Translations under genes and position numbers: made by a program
Source: Anthoceros angustus
Taxonomy: Eukaryota > Plantae > Anthocerotophyta
Reading direction: 5' to 3'
Assembly (NCBI GenBank): GCA_010909165.1
Contig: MU008163.1
Coordinates: 62,001 to 126,000, forward strand
Length of the DNA: 64,000 nucleotides
Part shown: one piece after another, positions 11,613-25,491 of the stretch
How positions within the stretch are numbered: position 1 is the first letter of the stretch
How the letters are laid out: every line of letters begins with the position of its first letter
The notes under the pieces: model-generated
What the model saw: the letters and a program-made list of their open reading frames with translations, nothing else
Databases searched by the model: none
Told to the model about the DNA's origin: nothing

Positions 11613-14600
11613 CCTCGACCCCAGCTCCCGCAATGGCCACTGCGGTCAACTGAGGGAGTTCTCGCAAAGGTGACTCCCTATTATGGCATTCTCGGCTTGG
11701 ACATATTAATCATGATAAGCTTTTAGAGATGTCTAGGCAGGATTTATTTAGGGATAAGCTACCACACTTTTCACAGACTCCGCCGTTAGGTGAACCTTGT
11801 ATACATGCTAAACAACGTAGCTTCCCCTATCCTACTCTTCCTGCCCATCGGGCTACTCAGCCCTTGGAGTTGGTCCATGTTGATCTTTGTGGTCCACTCC
11901 CAGTCCCTTCACTTGGCGGCTCACTGCACTTTATGACTATTGTTGATGACTATAGTCGCTATACCTTTGCTATTCCGCTCAAGTTGAAGAGTGATTCCTT
12001 CGGCTCTTTTACTCCTTTTGTCACTATGGGTACCAAACCGGTTGCAAGCTTGATTGCATTAGATCGACAATGCGGAGAGTTAAATAACCGCAATTAAGGA
12101 CTTACATCTTGAGAGGATTATCCATCGGTTCACGGTTCCCTATACTTCTCGAATGGCTCAAAAGGCATACTTCCGCGATTCGCCATGGCCCGCGCCATGC
12201 TAGCCTCGCTAGCTCCCCAAACCCTTCCGGGTTAATATCATCGGCGATTCACGCAACAGGTTCTTTCCTGTCAGCCTCCTACCGGACCCCTTCACCGCAT
12301 GGATATAAGCCTCTTATTACTCATCTTCGGACTTTTGGCTGCCCTACCAGTTAATTTTCCTCCTCAAACATGATTTCACGGCGTCGGTATTTGCTAAGGC
12401 AAGGCTTATAAATCGTTGACTTGGATACCCATGCTCTTGTATATGCTCGACTGTCACTTTTGATGAGGCTCTTAGCATCTCCTGCTCGAGTCCATGGATT
12501 CTCGCTTGGCTCCTTAAGACGACACTGCTTCTTCCGACCCAGGTGACCTTATGCCTCAGTTTTTGACTCAGCCCTCTATTTTCCTTGACTCCAGTCCAGC
12601 AACTTCTCCTCCATCCCTGGCCTCTTCACCTCAAGCAAAACCTATCCCTTTTATTCCGGCTTGAGAGGGGGACGATGAATAGGCCATTGTTGATCCTTTT
12701 GAAAACAGAGAAGACTTTGGTACACTTAATCCACAAGACCCAGAGACTGTTCCTGCTCCACCTTCTCCTGTTATACTTGACCCAGGCCTTGAGCAAAGAT
12801 ACCCTACTAGAAATGGCCGCCTATGTTACACTTTTTGTTAAGATTTGAACCCCCCCTTGTTGCAATTATGTTAAAATCTTGGTGTCTTGTTACACTTATT
12901 TGGCCCCGGTTACAGTTTTGGTAACCAACACTCCATCACTCATGTTTTGTATCCAGTTTTCTCGTACATTTCAACATATTTGCTAACAACCAAAGTGTTA
13001 CACCCTCTTTGTTAGCTTTTGAGGCTTGGTACCGAACCCTCCCCATGTGTGTTTGCTATTATTGCTTTCATTCTGTGGTTTTTCCCTACCATTATTGTTA
13101 TGCGGTACTAGACTATAAGTATATATGCCTTGGCTTCCAAGCAACGACGTCTGATGTCATTACTCAAATACATATACGATGCCTTTCAAATTAAGTATAA
13201 TTACAAGTGGTATCCAGATTTAGTAATCTGCTTTGCACACGGCGCGGCTTGCAAATTATACGCCGCTTTGTTTCCACCCTATTCCGCAAAGGCCTTCACA
13301 TCACTCAGATTTCGTGCCCTCAGAGGCCCCCGATACTTTGTTTTGGAAACCCCATACCACAAGAACAAGAAAAAGACGTTATTTAGGTAACTATGCCTAA
13401 GATGCTCTTTTGCGATCCACATCCAAAATTGCCTCCTCACACATGGATGAATCCACGCATCCACATCCGCTGTGTACGCGGCTGCCGCTACCGGGAGGAA
13501 TGAACCTCGACCCCGCCTCCCGCAATGGCCATCATGGCCAGAGGGAGTTCTCGCAAAGGTGACTCCCTATTATGGCATTCTCGGCTTGGACATATTAATC
13601 ATGATAAGCTTTTAGAGATGTCTAGGCGTGATTTATTTAGGGGATAAGCTACCACACTTTTCACAGACTCGCTATGTGAACCTTGTATATATGCTAAACA
13701 ACGTAGCTTCCCTATCCCCCGCCCATCGGGCTACTCAAATTTGGAGTTGGTCCATGTTGATCTTTGTGGTCCACTCCCGGTCCCTTCACTTGGCGGCATC
13801 GCACTTTATGACTATTGTTGATGACTATAGTCGCTATACCTTTGCTATTCCGCTCAAGTTGAAGAGTGATTCCTTCCTTTTTACTCCTTTTGTCACTATG
13901 GTCGAGCCGCAAACCGTTGCAAGCTTGATTGCATTAGATCCGACAATGCGGAGAGTTAAATAACCGCAATTTAAGGACTTACATCTTGAGAGGGGATTAT
14001 CCATCACACGGTTCCCTATACTTCTCGGCGAGAATGGGGTTCTTGAAAAGGCCAGCGATCGCTCGCCATGGCCCGCGCCATGCTAGCTCCCCAAACCCTT
14101 CCGGGCGGTTAATATCATGCACAGATTCACGCAACAGGTTCTTTCCAAGTCGGTTCCGGCGGACTCCTTTGAGTCTGGCATGGATATAAGCCTCTTATTA
14201 CTCATCTTCGGACTTTTGGCTGCCCGCTGTGCTAATTTTCCTCGCGACAAGCTTTCACGCGCCGTCGGTATTTGTTGGCGGACCGTAAGGCTTATAAATC
14301 GGTTGACTTGGATACCCATGCTCTTGTATATGCTCGCACTGTCACTTTTGATGAGGCTCGGTTAGCATCTCCTCGTTCTGAGTCCATGGATTCTGCTTCG
14401 GCTCCTTAAGACGACACTGCTTCTTCCGACCCAGGTGACCTTATGCCTCAGTTTTTGACTCAGCCCTCTGTTTTCCCTGACTCTAGTCCTGCAACTTCTG
14501 CTCCATCCCTGGCCTCTTCACCTCAAGCAGAACCTATCCCTTTTATTAGAGAGAGGGGACGATGAATAGGCCATTGTTGATCCTTTTGAAAACAGAGAAG

Positions 14601-15487
14601 ACTTTGGTACACTTAATCCACAAGACCCAGAGACTGTTCCTGCTCCACCTTCTCCTGTTATACTTGACCCAGGCCTTGAGCAAAGATACCCTACTAGAAA
14701 TGGCCGCCTATGTTACACTTTTTGTTAAGATTTGAACCCCCCCTTGTTGCAATTATGTTAAAATCTTGGTGTCTTGTTACACTTATTTGGCCCCTGGTTA
14801 CAGTCAGGCTTGGTAACCAACACTCCATCTTGTTACAGTCGTGTTACAGTCTTGTTGCAATTTTGTTGCAGTGTAGTGAGAGGTGGTATCTGCCCCTTTC
14901 AAAATTTCAACATATTTGCAACAACCAAAGTGTTACACCCTCTTTTGTTACAGTTTTGAGGCTTGGTACCGAACCTCCTCCCCATGTGTGTTTGCCATTA
15001 TTGCTTTCATTCCTGTGTTTTTCCCCTACCATTATTGTTATGCGTGTACTAGACTATAAGTATATAATATGCCTTGGCTTCCAAGTACGTATTGCCCGAT
15101 GTCATTACTCAAATACATATACGATGCCTTTTCAAATTAAGTATACGTACAAGTGGTATCCGTATTTGTGCACTCCGTTTTGCAATACGGTGCGGCCTGC
15201 AAATTATACGCGCGTTTGTTTCCACCCTATTCGCTGCAGTGCCTTTCACGTCACTCGTATTTCGTGCCCTTGTAGGCGTCCCCCGTATACGGTACTTGTT
15301 TTGGAAACCCTTACAGTCCACAAGAACAACAGAAGACGTTATTTCGTGCACCCTACAGCTAAGATGCCGGTTCTTTGCCGCATCCACATCCAAAATTGGG
15401 CGTCCTCCCTCAGCGCGCGGGATGAATCCACCGGCATCCACATCCGCGGTGTACCGTGCTCCCTCGTCGCGCCGGAGGAATGAACCG
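11613..15487. repeat. ~1.9-kb tandem duplication (Copia integrase plus left end of the CCCTA element)
   Basis: 11613-13507 repeats at 13506-15487. The left TIR CCCTACTAGAAATGG therefore also appears near 12800. Junction sequence AATGAACC|TCGACCCC. Confidence 0.88.
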
Positions 15488-18400
15488 GCATCTCCATCCG
15501 CGACCTACCGTGTTCCCTCCTCGCGCGGGAGGGGTGAATTTGGGGTTGTGGTTGGCATTTTCTGTTGCCCCGCCCGTTCTCGTTCGAGTGAAAGCCTACT
15601 CCTCGTCGTATGCAGCAGCTGGAAACTGCCCACCTCCCACACGGTTACCGATTTTGCCCTTCCCCTTCCTCAAGCGGTCTGCTGGTTTTTTCCTTCCGTC
15701 TTTGCGACTCCCGATTCCACATTTCACAGGATTTGCAAGAACAGATGACCACATGCCATTCCCATGGCCCTTGGCTGTAAGCATAAACGGTGGCGAGTGC
15801 GATTGCAATTTGCGAGCTTACCTTCGCGGCCTTCTCTTTGTTTTGTTTCCGCCCACTTCCTGCCTCCAGTTGCGTGCTTGTCACCGTCCCTTGGGATGCC
15901 ACAGCCCTCGACCGTGTAACTCTTCCTTCCCCATCTGCCTTACCGGGCATTCCCCTTCCTTTCCTCTTCCGGCCTCCTCCATCCTCCATAGGTTGCGTCA
16001 CCTTTTCTGGAGCCCCGCTGTGCAGGTCCATGCTCTCGGCATTTGACTCGGCCAGGTATGTGTCGGGTACAAAGTTCGGCACGGGCTCGTTCACATCTCC
16101 CTCCTCTTCCGCCACCTTCCTGTTCTCTTCCTCATCGTCACCATGTCGTGACGCCGTCAGTCTGTCCATTGGAGGCTGCTGGATTCCCCGTGACAGATGT
16201 CTCATTTCTGTCTCGCGCCTCCATTCCCTGCCTGCCCCCGCTGAGAGCAACGTTTTTTTTGCACCATTGCGCACACATGTCGTCACCCCACGGTCCCCCC
16301 CTGCTGCCCTCCATTGTCCATCCTGCCCATCCTGTTGCGCCACTACCAGCCTTGATGTCCGCTGCATACTGCCATTCCCTGGATGTGTACCTGGCCCCAT
16401 GTACAACTCACTTCGGTGACGCCCCTCTCCTACCATGTTCTTCGTTGCCCCGTTTTCCCGAGTCACCCATGCCCACCATGTCCCCCTCTACGATCATGAC
16501 CCGCTGCTGTGTTACGCCACAACCACGGCCGTTCGTGGTGTCAGCTGACCACCCAAATTCCGCCCGCCATTCCCTTTCTAGGGCCTCTGCACCGTCCGGC
16601 CCTTCCTTTGTCCTCCCTCCTCCGACCGTCCGGCTCGCACTACCTTCTGCATTCCCGCATTTTCGTCCTCCTCTCTTACATCCAACTCCTCAGAGTCGGA
16701 GCGTGACGGGTTGTTATCCTCTTCCCCGATAGTTCCCATTCCCCCTACTTGCCATCCATCGTCTTCGCACATCCAATCGCATTCACACAATGCACATGGA
16801 AATGACGCTCATCCCTGACACGGTCTATATGTCGAGACACCGTACAATGTGTTGCGTGGCGTCGCCACCGATATCATCTGTGCCACAACACACTAACTCG
16901 GTCCAAAGATTTCGCTTTCTTGGTCCATGTCCTGCAGGCTCGGCCTGCATTGCTCCAATTCCTCGTCCGTCGGGGATGGAAGGTGCCAAGTTTCGACGTC
17001 ATCGAACCTGAACCTACCTGTGCCCGCCATTGCGTGCTTCCCTCCACGCTCTGTTGCCTCGTTGGCGCCGCTGGCAGCCTCCTCCCACCGTGCTCGCCGA
17101 TTGAACGCCGGAAAGGTGGATGGGGCGGATGAGGAGGATAGGCAAGTCGTCCTACCCTCCTCATCCCCTCCACCTTCCTCGGTCTCTGCTGTGCCCGTCG
17201 TAAACGCCTCCGACGTGGTGGGTTCGTCGGCCGCACACGGCCGACATCCTTGGCCACCTCTATCCGCCTCACGCCATTTCGTGCATGCTCACTTCCTTCC
17301 CTGCAATTTTTGGCTCCCTCTGAGCAACCATTTCCTTGCCTTTGTCCCTCATGGTTGATCGCCTCGTGCCTCCTCGTACAAATGGCGGGCTGAGATTTGA
17401 AACATATGAGCCATCCATGGCGTCCTTCGAGGCAATTGCGAACATGACGCCGCCTCGCACTCATATCCCTTGGTCATTGACTTCGGCTAGCCTACCGCCA
17501 TGCAGGCGTCACCAATGTGCATTCGAGGCATTTAGTGTTCGCTGTGCTGGGTACTGACGTTTATTCGTTTCATATACCGTGGAAGATGAATATGGCTGGC
17601 AAGACGACCAGGCAGACGGGTTCGGGAAACGTACGACGACATTGCTCATGTGTGCCGGACAAAAGCATGGGATTCCTCCCCACCCCGTCCGCCTGTGATA
17701 TGTTACGCCTGTGATATGTTAGTGATCTGGGTCTCCCTACCTGCCTGCCCCATGCCTTCAATTTCGAGGACATCACGTTCCAACCCTAAACCTTGTAGCA
17801 TCTGGTAGGAATGCATCCTACTTCCGTGTAGCAATTGCGTGGGAGGCGCACGATGTTCTATGAACAGGTTGCTCAGGCAGAAGAGAGGTATGTATAAAGG
17901 AACCCAATTGTCCATGCACTTGGCGGTGGTGGAGTGGAGGAGGCAGATGGTGACGAATCAGTGGTCGCGTGTTCGAAACCGGTTGAGCCAAACGATTTTG
18001 CAACTGCAACAACAAGAGGCAACGGAGGGCTTCTACAGAAATACGCACACCACGCCGGAATGTGGTGTATAGGCGGTCACCAATGGGCAGTATAGCCGCC
18101 CAGCACCAGCAAGAGAACGATATCTGTGTACTGGAAATAAAAATACTATATAATCCAGTGTTCATGTACAAATCCGTATCTACAAGTAGGTACCTGTACG
18201 TATGAAGGTAATGTGTATTCTATCTCTACCTGTATATCAGGCAAAAGCCATAAACAATTAGTATACAAGCCAATAATAGCTATGGTAGGGAAAAAAGGTT
18301 GATATAGGAATTATGACCTTGTGAGGTGGAAGAGGAAGGTGACAATTAATGGGCATGTTACTGTGATATTCAGGTTTGGGTGCCATTAACAATAGTTGTG

Positions 18401-18741
18401 AAGCGAGAGTGCAATGAAGAGCACTAGGAAAAACATTAACTAATTGTACTTCCAATGGGGTGTAATAAAGAGGGGGATTGATAGAGAAGAGAGAGAGGGG
18501 TCATTGTTACAGTCATGTTGCAATTGCATGAGGGAATTCTTAAACAATGCGTATGAGAGAGGGGATGTAGTTAAGAGGGTGAAGTGGTAGGAGAGAGAGC
18601 CAGGTTCGTGTTAAGATTGTAGGCCCACTTGGAGAAAGAAATGACAAACTTAATACCAAGCCTCCAAATGATGTTGCAAGTTAGAAGTGTAACATAAAAT
18701 TGCAACAACGACTGTAACATAGGCTGCCATTTCTAGTAGGG
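14689..18741. mobile_element. CACTA/EnSpm-like TIR DNA transposon (CCCTA termini, 3-bp TSD ATA)
   Basis: Left end CCCTACTAGAAATGGCCGCCTATGTTACA (14689-14717) matches the reverse complement of 18713-18741 at 28/29 nt. ATA flanks both sides. TGTTACA/TTGCAA subterminal repeats at both ends. Removing the element restores the Copia frame caa aga tat cct tcg cgt (QRYPSR). Confidence 0.88.
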
Positions 18742-21339
18742 ATATCCTTCGCGTCATCGTCAACCAAGACACCTCTGGAATGAGATCCCCTTTGATTTAG
18801 AGTTCAATCAGTGCACACCACGCAGGTCATTTCAACGCCTTCAGTGTTGCCCTTCAGAGGGAGATCCTCTCACTCTACAAAAGGCATATTCGCGACCTGA
18901 TGCAGCTAAGTGGAAGTCGCTATTAATGATGAATATAATTCTCTTATCAAAAACAATACTTGAACTCTAGTAAACTTGCTTAAAGGCAGAACTACTGTCA
19001 TCAGCTTGATGTTTGTACTGCTTTCCTTTATGGTCAACTGCAAGAAGAAATCTATATGGATCAACTAGAAGACTATGAAGATGAGCAATACCCAAACAAG
19101 GTGTGTAAACTTATTCGTTCTATTTACGGACTAAAGCAAAGCCCGCGTTTATGGTATGAGAGAATGGACTCTTATCTCAAGAAGATAGGTTTTATCCAAC
19201 GTGAAGCAGACACCAATATCTATGTGCTCTGCAAGGAAAGCTCCCTTGTGCTGGTTGCACTATATGCTGATGACTTAGTTATTCCTGGCAACAATATTGA
19301 ACTAGTTAACAAGATTAAAACTGACCTTAGTAAAGAATTCGAGATGAAGGATCTCGGCAAAGTTAAATATATTCTTGGATGCATGTACATAGAGATACCA
19401 CTGGTGCTATCTATCTCAATGAAGGAAGATATGTAGGTGGTATGTTAAACGCTCAATTTGAGAGATGCGCGGCGGCGGCACCGCGCCGAGGTGTTAAGCT
19501 TTCATCGCTACTGCCCACAATCCGAACCTTAAAAGAAAGAGATGGAAAATATTCCTTATCGTATGGGAGTTGGTACTCTCATGTTCTTGAGTAATCAAAC
19601 CGCACTGATATCTCAACATCAGAAATGTTGTTGCTCAGTTCTCAGAGAATCCAAGAAAGGATCACTGGGTTGCTCTCAAGCGCATCATGCGGTACCTGAA
19701 GGGTACTCCAAATTATGGCCTCTGCTTCAAGCCTAGCGGAAAGAAGCATCTGCTACTGATAAGCTTTGTCGATGCTGATTGGGCTTGACGACACCGAAAA
19801 GTATCTCAAAGATATTGCTTTCTTGTCGGCTCCATCGTTGTTAATTGGTCTTGTAGAAAACAAGCGCAATATCACTTTCATCATCGCAATCGAGTACAAA
19901 GCACTCACCAAGCCACGAAAGAGGAATGGGAAAGAAAGCTATGTGAAGATTTGAATATGAAGCAGGAAGGGCCAACAGTGCTTAATTGTGACAATATGTC
20001 AGCCATTGCTCTTGTCGCTAATTCGGTCGGTAGTAATCACATAAGCTTTGAAATGAGAGTGCGCAAAAATATATGCTACTTGTAAAATTCCCTTGTTGAC
20101 CTCACTTGACAAGCTGCCTTGTTGTTATAAGGAAAGCATGGATAACACAAGTTGATATAGTCAAACTCGCATTTTTCTCAGCCATCATCTTCATCGTGGC
20201 GTTTCTCTTGACTAGGGTCTTCAGCTTAGCTTACGCATGCAAGCACTTCTTCTTGATCGTTGAAATGTAGAATAAGGTGGCGTGAAATCTCAATGTGCTT
20301 CGGTCTCGCATAGAAAACGGGGTTCCAAGATAAAGGAATTGCAAATTGATTATCACTTCACTCGCCAAGCAGCTGAGCTAAAAGAGATATATGTGGGGTT
20401 TATGTCAATAGGTGAGAATGTAGCTGACATACTCATATAAGCTTTGCCAAAGTCTGTTTATGAAAGATCCACTTTTGCCGCTGGTGTCCAACAGTTTCTA
20501 ACTGTCCAGAAGGTTGGAACTGCTCATTAAGTCCTAAAAACTTTTAAGTTTATGTAGCTCAATCCTCGAGAGGCTTTTTCTCCATTATTGCCATGATAGC
20601 TTGCTATTAAGCCTTCTCTCCAAGCTCCACTTCTTCCTCAGCAAATTTTCTCTACGTTCTCTCTCTCGCTCATGGCCACCACCCAACTGCCATTGCATCT
20701 TTCAGGCGAAGACAATAGGATTCTCCTATCCTAGTTTTCTTTAACTTTACCTCAAATAGAAAAAGGAGAGAAGACCTTGCAACATCTTGCTGATGCATTG
20801 CAGGATGAGAATTGTGTGGTTCTTCAGTTCAATAGCTATTTATTTGAACCTCATGTTTTAGCAATTGCTATTGATATGTATTTTGCACCAGGGCTAACTA
20901 AGAATGAGAGGCATTGGTGGCAAGCTTATGGCAATGATTGCCCTCAACTTTGTTAGGTATTTAAAAAATGATTGAACACACCACCCACAACAATAAGTTG
21001 TGAAGGAAATTGTTTGCTTGGAAACATGTTTGGATAGACAGCTGGGCCAAGACCAATGTGGAGAAAGTAGGTATGTGGGTATATATTTACTTAAATAATA
21101 CCGATGTGAAGAAAGTAAGTGTGAGGGTCTATATATACTAACAATAGAGTACTAAAAAGGTTTAATGTTCTCATGGCTGCAACACAATGCGAAGATTGTT
21201 TACACTTGTCTGGAGGAAGAGAAGTACGAGGAAGGAGGAGGACTCGAAGATCAGGATGGGTATGAGAATAATCTTAACTTAGATGCTGCTAAGGTGGAAC
21301 TATATAATTATATTAAATCAATGCCAAACTTTATAATTT

Positions 21340-23830
21340 TATGTTCTCAGACAGTGGCTTCAACACCAACTTTGTGTGAGGTACGTGGCCTCCTTCCTGC
21401 TTCACTCGTGCATGAGTGCTCTCTACCTTGAGCGCAATATCCTTTCTCCTGTCTCCCAGCAGAAATGTGTGTACCTCCTTGTTCACCTCAATGGTTGCCA
21501 TGGCAGGTTTCTTATGAGCTCCTGCTACCCTTCTGTGCTTTTCAATCCTATCTACATCGGTCCACCTACCTGCATCAGCATAGGCATTGGCCATGAGTAC
21601 GTATGCGAGCGCATCCTGAGGGTCCAACCTTACAATGCTTTTGAGACACCACATCGCCCTCTCTATGTCCCCGTGAATTTTGCACGCATTCAACTAAGAC
21701 CTCAAGCCCACAACATTACTTTGGCCCTCACATGATAAAAGCATCACCTCTGTCTCATCTAAATGGCCAGCACGCCCAAGAAGATCAATCATGCAGTTGT
21801 AATATTCAATAGTTGGTTCGATGCCATGCTGTTCAGACACGGAATCAAAGTGTTTGCGACCCTCGTGGACCAGTCTCTCATGACTGCATGCTATTAGAAG
21901 GCGAGTAAAAGTAGCATCATAAGGCTGAACACCGGCAACTAATATCTGCTCAAAACAAGCTAGTGCCTTGTGACCTGCATCACAAGCACCATACCCAGAT
22001 ATCAGGGCATTCTATGTCACCACATCCTTTGTAGCCAAGCTGTCAAAAACCTGGCGTGCATCTTCCAGTTCACCAAATTTTGCATACATGTCCACCAGGC
22101 AGGTGCCCACTACTACGTTATTCAGCAGTCCTTTTTCGACAAACTGTGAGTGCAGCTGCCTGCCCTTCTTGTAAGGCGCCAGTATTTCCACAGGCCTCAG
22201 AAGGCAAGCAAAAGTCACATGGTCAGCCAAAATAAGGCCTGCTTCCTCCATTTGTCCATACAGGAGAAGCGCCTCCCGGCCACGTCCTTGCTGTGCATAC
22301 CCAGCAATCAGGGCATTCCATGTCACCACATCCTTTGTGGCCATGCTGTCAAAAACCTGGCGGGCATCTTCCAGTTCACCACATTTCGCATACATGTCCA
22401 CCAGGCAGGTGCCCACCACTACATCGTCTAGCAGTCTTTTTCGACAATCTGTGAGTGCAGCTGCCTGCCCTTCTTGTAAGGCGCCAGTATTTCCACAGGC
22501 CTCAGAAGGCAAGCAAAAGTCACATGGTCAGCCAAAATAAGGCCTGCTTCCTCCATTTGTCCATACAGGAGAAGCGCCTCCCGGCCACGTCCTTGCTGTG
22601 CATACCCAGCAATCAGGGCATTCCATGTCACCACATCCTTTGTGGCCATGCTGTCAAAAACCTGGCGGGCATCTTCCAGTTCACCACATTTCGCATACAT
22701 GTCCACCAGGCAGGTGCCCACCACTACATCGTCTAGCAGTCTTTTTTCGACGATCTGCGAGTGCAGCTGCCTGCCCTTCTGTAAGGCGCAAGTGCTTGCA
22801 CAGGCCTTCAGAAGGCAAGCAAAAGTAAAATGATTAGCCAAAATGAGGCCCTCCTGCTCCATTCGTCCATACACCACAAGCGCCTCTTGGCCGAGTCGTT
22901 GCTGTGCATACCCAGCAATCAGAGCGTTGTCACCACATCCTTTTTGGCCATGCTTTCAAAAACCTGGCGTGCATCTTTTAGCTGGCCACATTTTGAATAC
23001 ATGTCCACCAGGCGGTTCCGAACAGACAAGTCAGTATGAGTGCCACTGTGCAACACGTCACAGTGCACTTTTCTGCCCGATTTCAAGTCTGCGGCAAGTG
23101 CGAAGGGCAGCTACAAAGACGTGACTATTCACCTTCACTCCTGACCTACGCATCTTATGGTAGAGTTGTATGGCCTCTTTAAGTTTCCCGTGCTTAGCAC
23201 CTTGTCGTACCCCTACGCCGAAAGTCAGGCGAACGGGAGCTCTTCTTCTCTCGTCTGTTATCCCACCACAAGGTAGGGTCCAGAAAAAATTGTTGCCACA
23301 AGTGCTCCTCCTCCTTGCGAGGACCATCGTTGAAAATCCCGTCCCCACCCACACATTTTTTCGGATGCGCACGTGCTGGGCTCCTTACACTGCTGCACCT
23401 GGAGCTCATGTCCGAACCCACCGGCATATCCAAGAAAACGAGGTGCTCATCAACCCAAGCTGGCTTAAACTGTTTAACCACAACACCTCACCAGACCTCT
23501 TACGCCAGAAGTCAGGCGAGAGGAGCTCTTCTTATCTCGTCTGTTGTCCCAACACACGGTCGGGTCCACAAAAAATTGTTGCCACAACTGCTCCTGCTCC
23601 TGCTCCTGGCAACGACCATCGCTGGAAAACCCGTCCCTACCCACACACTTTCTCGGAAGTGGATGTGCTGGGCTCCTTACACTGCTGCACCTGGAGGCTT
23701 TGCTGGCCAGGGGCCGACTCGCTACGATGAGGTTAGCAGGAGCTCCTGGTAGAATCCCTGTACACACACCAATTTGTTGGGTCCAAAAGGGATCCGGTTG
23801 CCATACTGTGGCCATCGTTCAGGGACCGCT
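21340..23830 (-). pseudogene. PLS-class PPR paralog A: frameshifted, two PDF motifs, DYW:KP domain truncated
   Basis: Repeats of VDMYAKCGELEDARQVFDSMATKDVVTWNALIAGYAQQG; E domain ...KKPAMATIEVNKEVHTF...; sequence breaks off after LVLKPLSE (~21340). The N-terminus is homologous to the genes at 26226 and 29571. Confidence 0.9.
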
Positions 23831-24389
23831 GTCGGAGGTGCATGGACAAGACTAGGCCGCTCACAAACGCGTCCTCTCCACGCGCACTAACCCACAGCCT
23901 TCACTGCAGCCAGGCCAGGGTTAGCGGACTGATCTGGACGGTGAATGGCAATCCCTACAAAGCTGCTGGACAGGGGCAGTTCAGCTGTGCTCAGGACCTG
24001 GCAATTTGCTGCAGCATAGCAGAGATGGACGTTCATCACGCGATGAACGTCCTCCGCGTCACATCACTATTTGTACATCACCATGCCTTACGTCTAACCG
24101 CAAGTGAACCTTTTTACAAACTGTGGTTCCCAAGTTTAGGTTGTGCCTACTCCTCAACGCACGAACGCGGAGACATTATATCAGAGAAAAACAGATGGGA
24201 AATTTCATCTATCCCACAACGAAGGGGGAACAACCCTATAGAGGGCACCAGGCCAAGGGGGACTAGCCCCTAAACGCAGTGGCGTGAGCATGCGGATGGC
24301 CAGTTCATTTGTATAAGTATCAATAAAAATATGGTATTATAATATTCCGTTCTTTTTGGTTCTCAATCTATTGATGTCCAATCCAATCA

Positions 24390-25340
24390 AGTTGATTGCA
24401 TTGGAGCCATGCATGTTCTAAAGATAAATGTTATGAAGAATGTGGATGATAAAGATGTTGTTATTAAAAATTTATAACATGTCCTTGAGAAGGCTAATAA
24501 CATGTATATCTTTCTTTTGGTTGGTATGGATGCAAAGGATGCTATGAATAATGAGTTGCAATCCTTCTTTAAGAATCTACTATTCGCCTTTGAGCCACAT
24601 TAATCGAGATTGAATTATCAAGAAACGAGCACGGAGTCTGAAGGTCAAGTATCATCTTATGATGGCGCTGGTAAATGCTTTAAAAGATGCAGTTGTTCTT
24701 GACCTTCCTTATGTGGTTGTCTCTAATAGTATCCTGTCTATGATAATGGGCAAGTCCCAGCATTATGAAAGTTTTTGGACAATTTATCGTCACTCGACAA
24801 CGGAATCTGTGTAGGCATATCCATGATAAATTGCAGGGCATCAACGAATGTTTAGACATGTGAATGATAAATTGCTGGATTGTGCCACTGTAGTTAAAAG
24901 TCTCACTGTAAAGTTACAAGAATAGAAAAACCATGCTTTCTCCTGGAAAATTGAAGAACAGGTAGTCGATTTGGAGTAGCTTTACCTATGTGCATGGAGA
25001 AACTTATGGTTTTCAAAGGAGTTTCTAGTCGTGGCTCTGATTGGACCCGCTTGATGCTGCAAAGGAGTTTTTGGGCCGTTGCAAGTGGATGTGGAAATTT
25101 AGCGTGCTTTCTGGCTTGAAGAGGATCCTACCAAGAGTGCAAAGTGATCATGACTTTCTGTTCTTTGGATCATCAGCTTCTAAGGTTTAAAGGCAAGGAC
25201 TCCTTTGCGAGAAAGAAGATTGTTCATTAACAAGGATCTCACTCCCTTGCAATGACAATATGTGAAGAAAAAGTTACTTGCTTTTAAGGTCGCTGGTACC
25301 ATGGGTCAAGTGGCCTTTTTCAGTGGAGATCAATTGCTTT
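24390..25340 (+). pseudogene. Diverged LINE-ORF1p-like remnant, homologous to 31928-33089
   Basis: Translates across stops and frameshifts to IMTFCSLD...LFINKDLTPLQ*...KKKLLAFKVAGTMGQVAFFSGDQLL, matching IMTFHSMD...LYINEDLAPLQW...EKLPAFRAARAAGQVAFFREDELV at 32850-33060. Confidence 0.6.
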
Positions 25341-25439
25341 TTTTAATCCTTGATTAATTCTTAGATTATTATTTTTTTATCGTGACTCCATTTTGAATTA
25401 TTTTTATTTTTATTTTTGTTAATTCCTCTAATTTTGATG

Positions 25440-25443
<4 letters not shown>

Positions 25444-25490
<47 letters not shown>
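25444..25490. repeat. (TA)n microsatellite followed by a short (CA)n
   Basis: About 19 TA units read directly from the sequence. Confidence 0.97.

Positions 25491-25491
<1 letters not shown>

Larger units (their letters stand above)
10888..20480 (+). mobile_element. Degenerate Ty1/Copia gag-pol, interrupted by a tandem duplication and by the TIR element at 14689-18741
   Basis: gag MATSPNVPP...EKDRFDGTKFEIWSKRM and IDGATTAAEAWRQL; protease-region DVLHVP..KNLISV (~11430); GAG-pre-integrase LWHSRLGHINHDKL (~11680); integrase LVHVDLCGP...FMTIVDDYSRY (~11870); RT YGQLQEEIYM...KLIRSIYGLKQSPRLWY...LYADD (19030-19280); RNase H remnants 19760-20480. IN-RT-RH order is Copia-type. Confidence 0.92.

Noticed and set aside
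15074-17464. Long GC-rich ORFs on both strands inside the CCCTA element
   Set aside because: Low-complexity Pro/Ser or Gly/Glu/Arg content with no recognisable domain; not supportable as genes.
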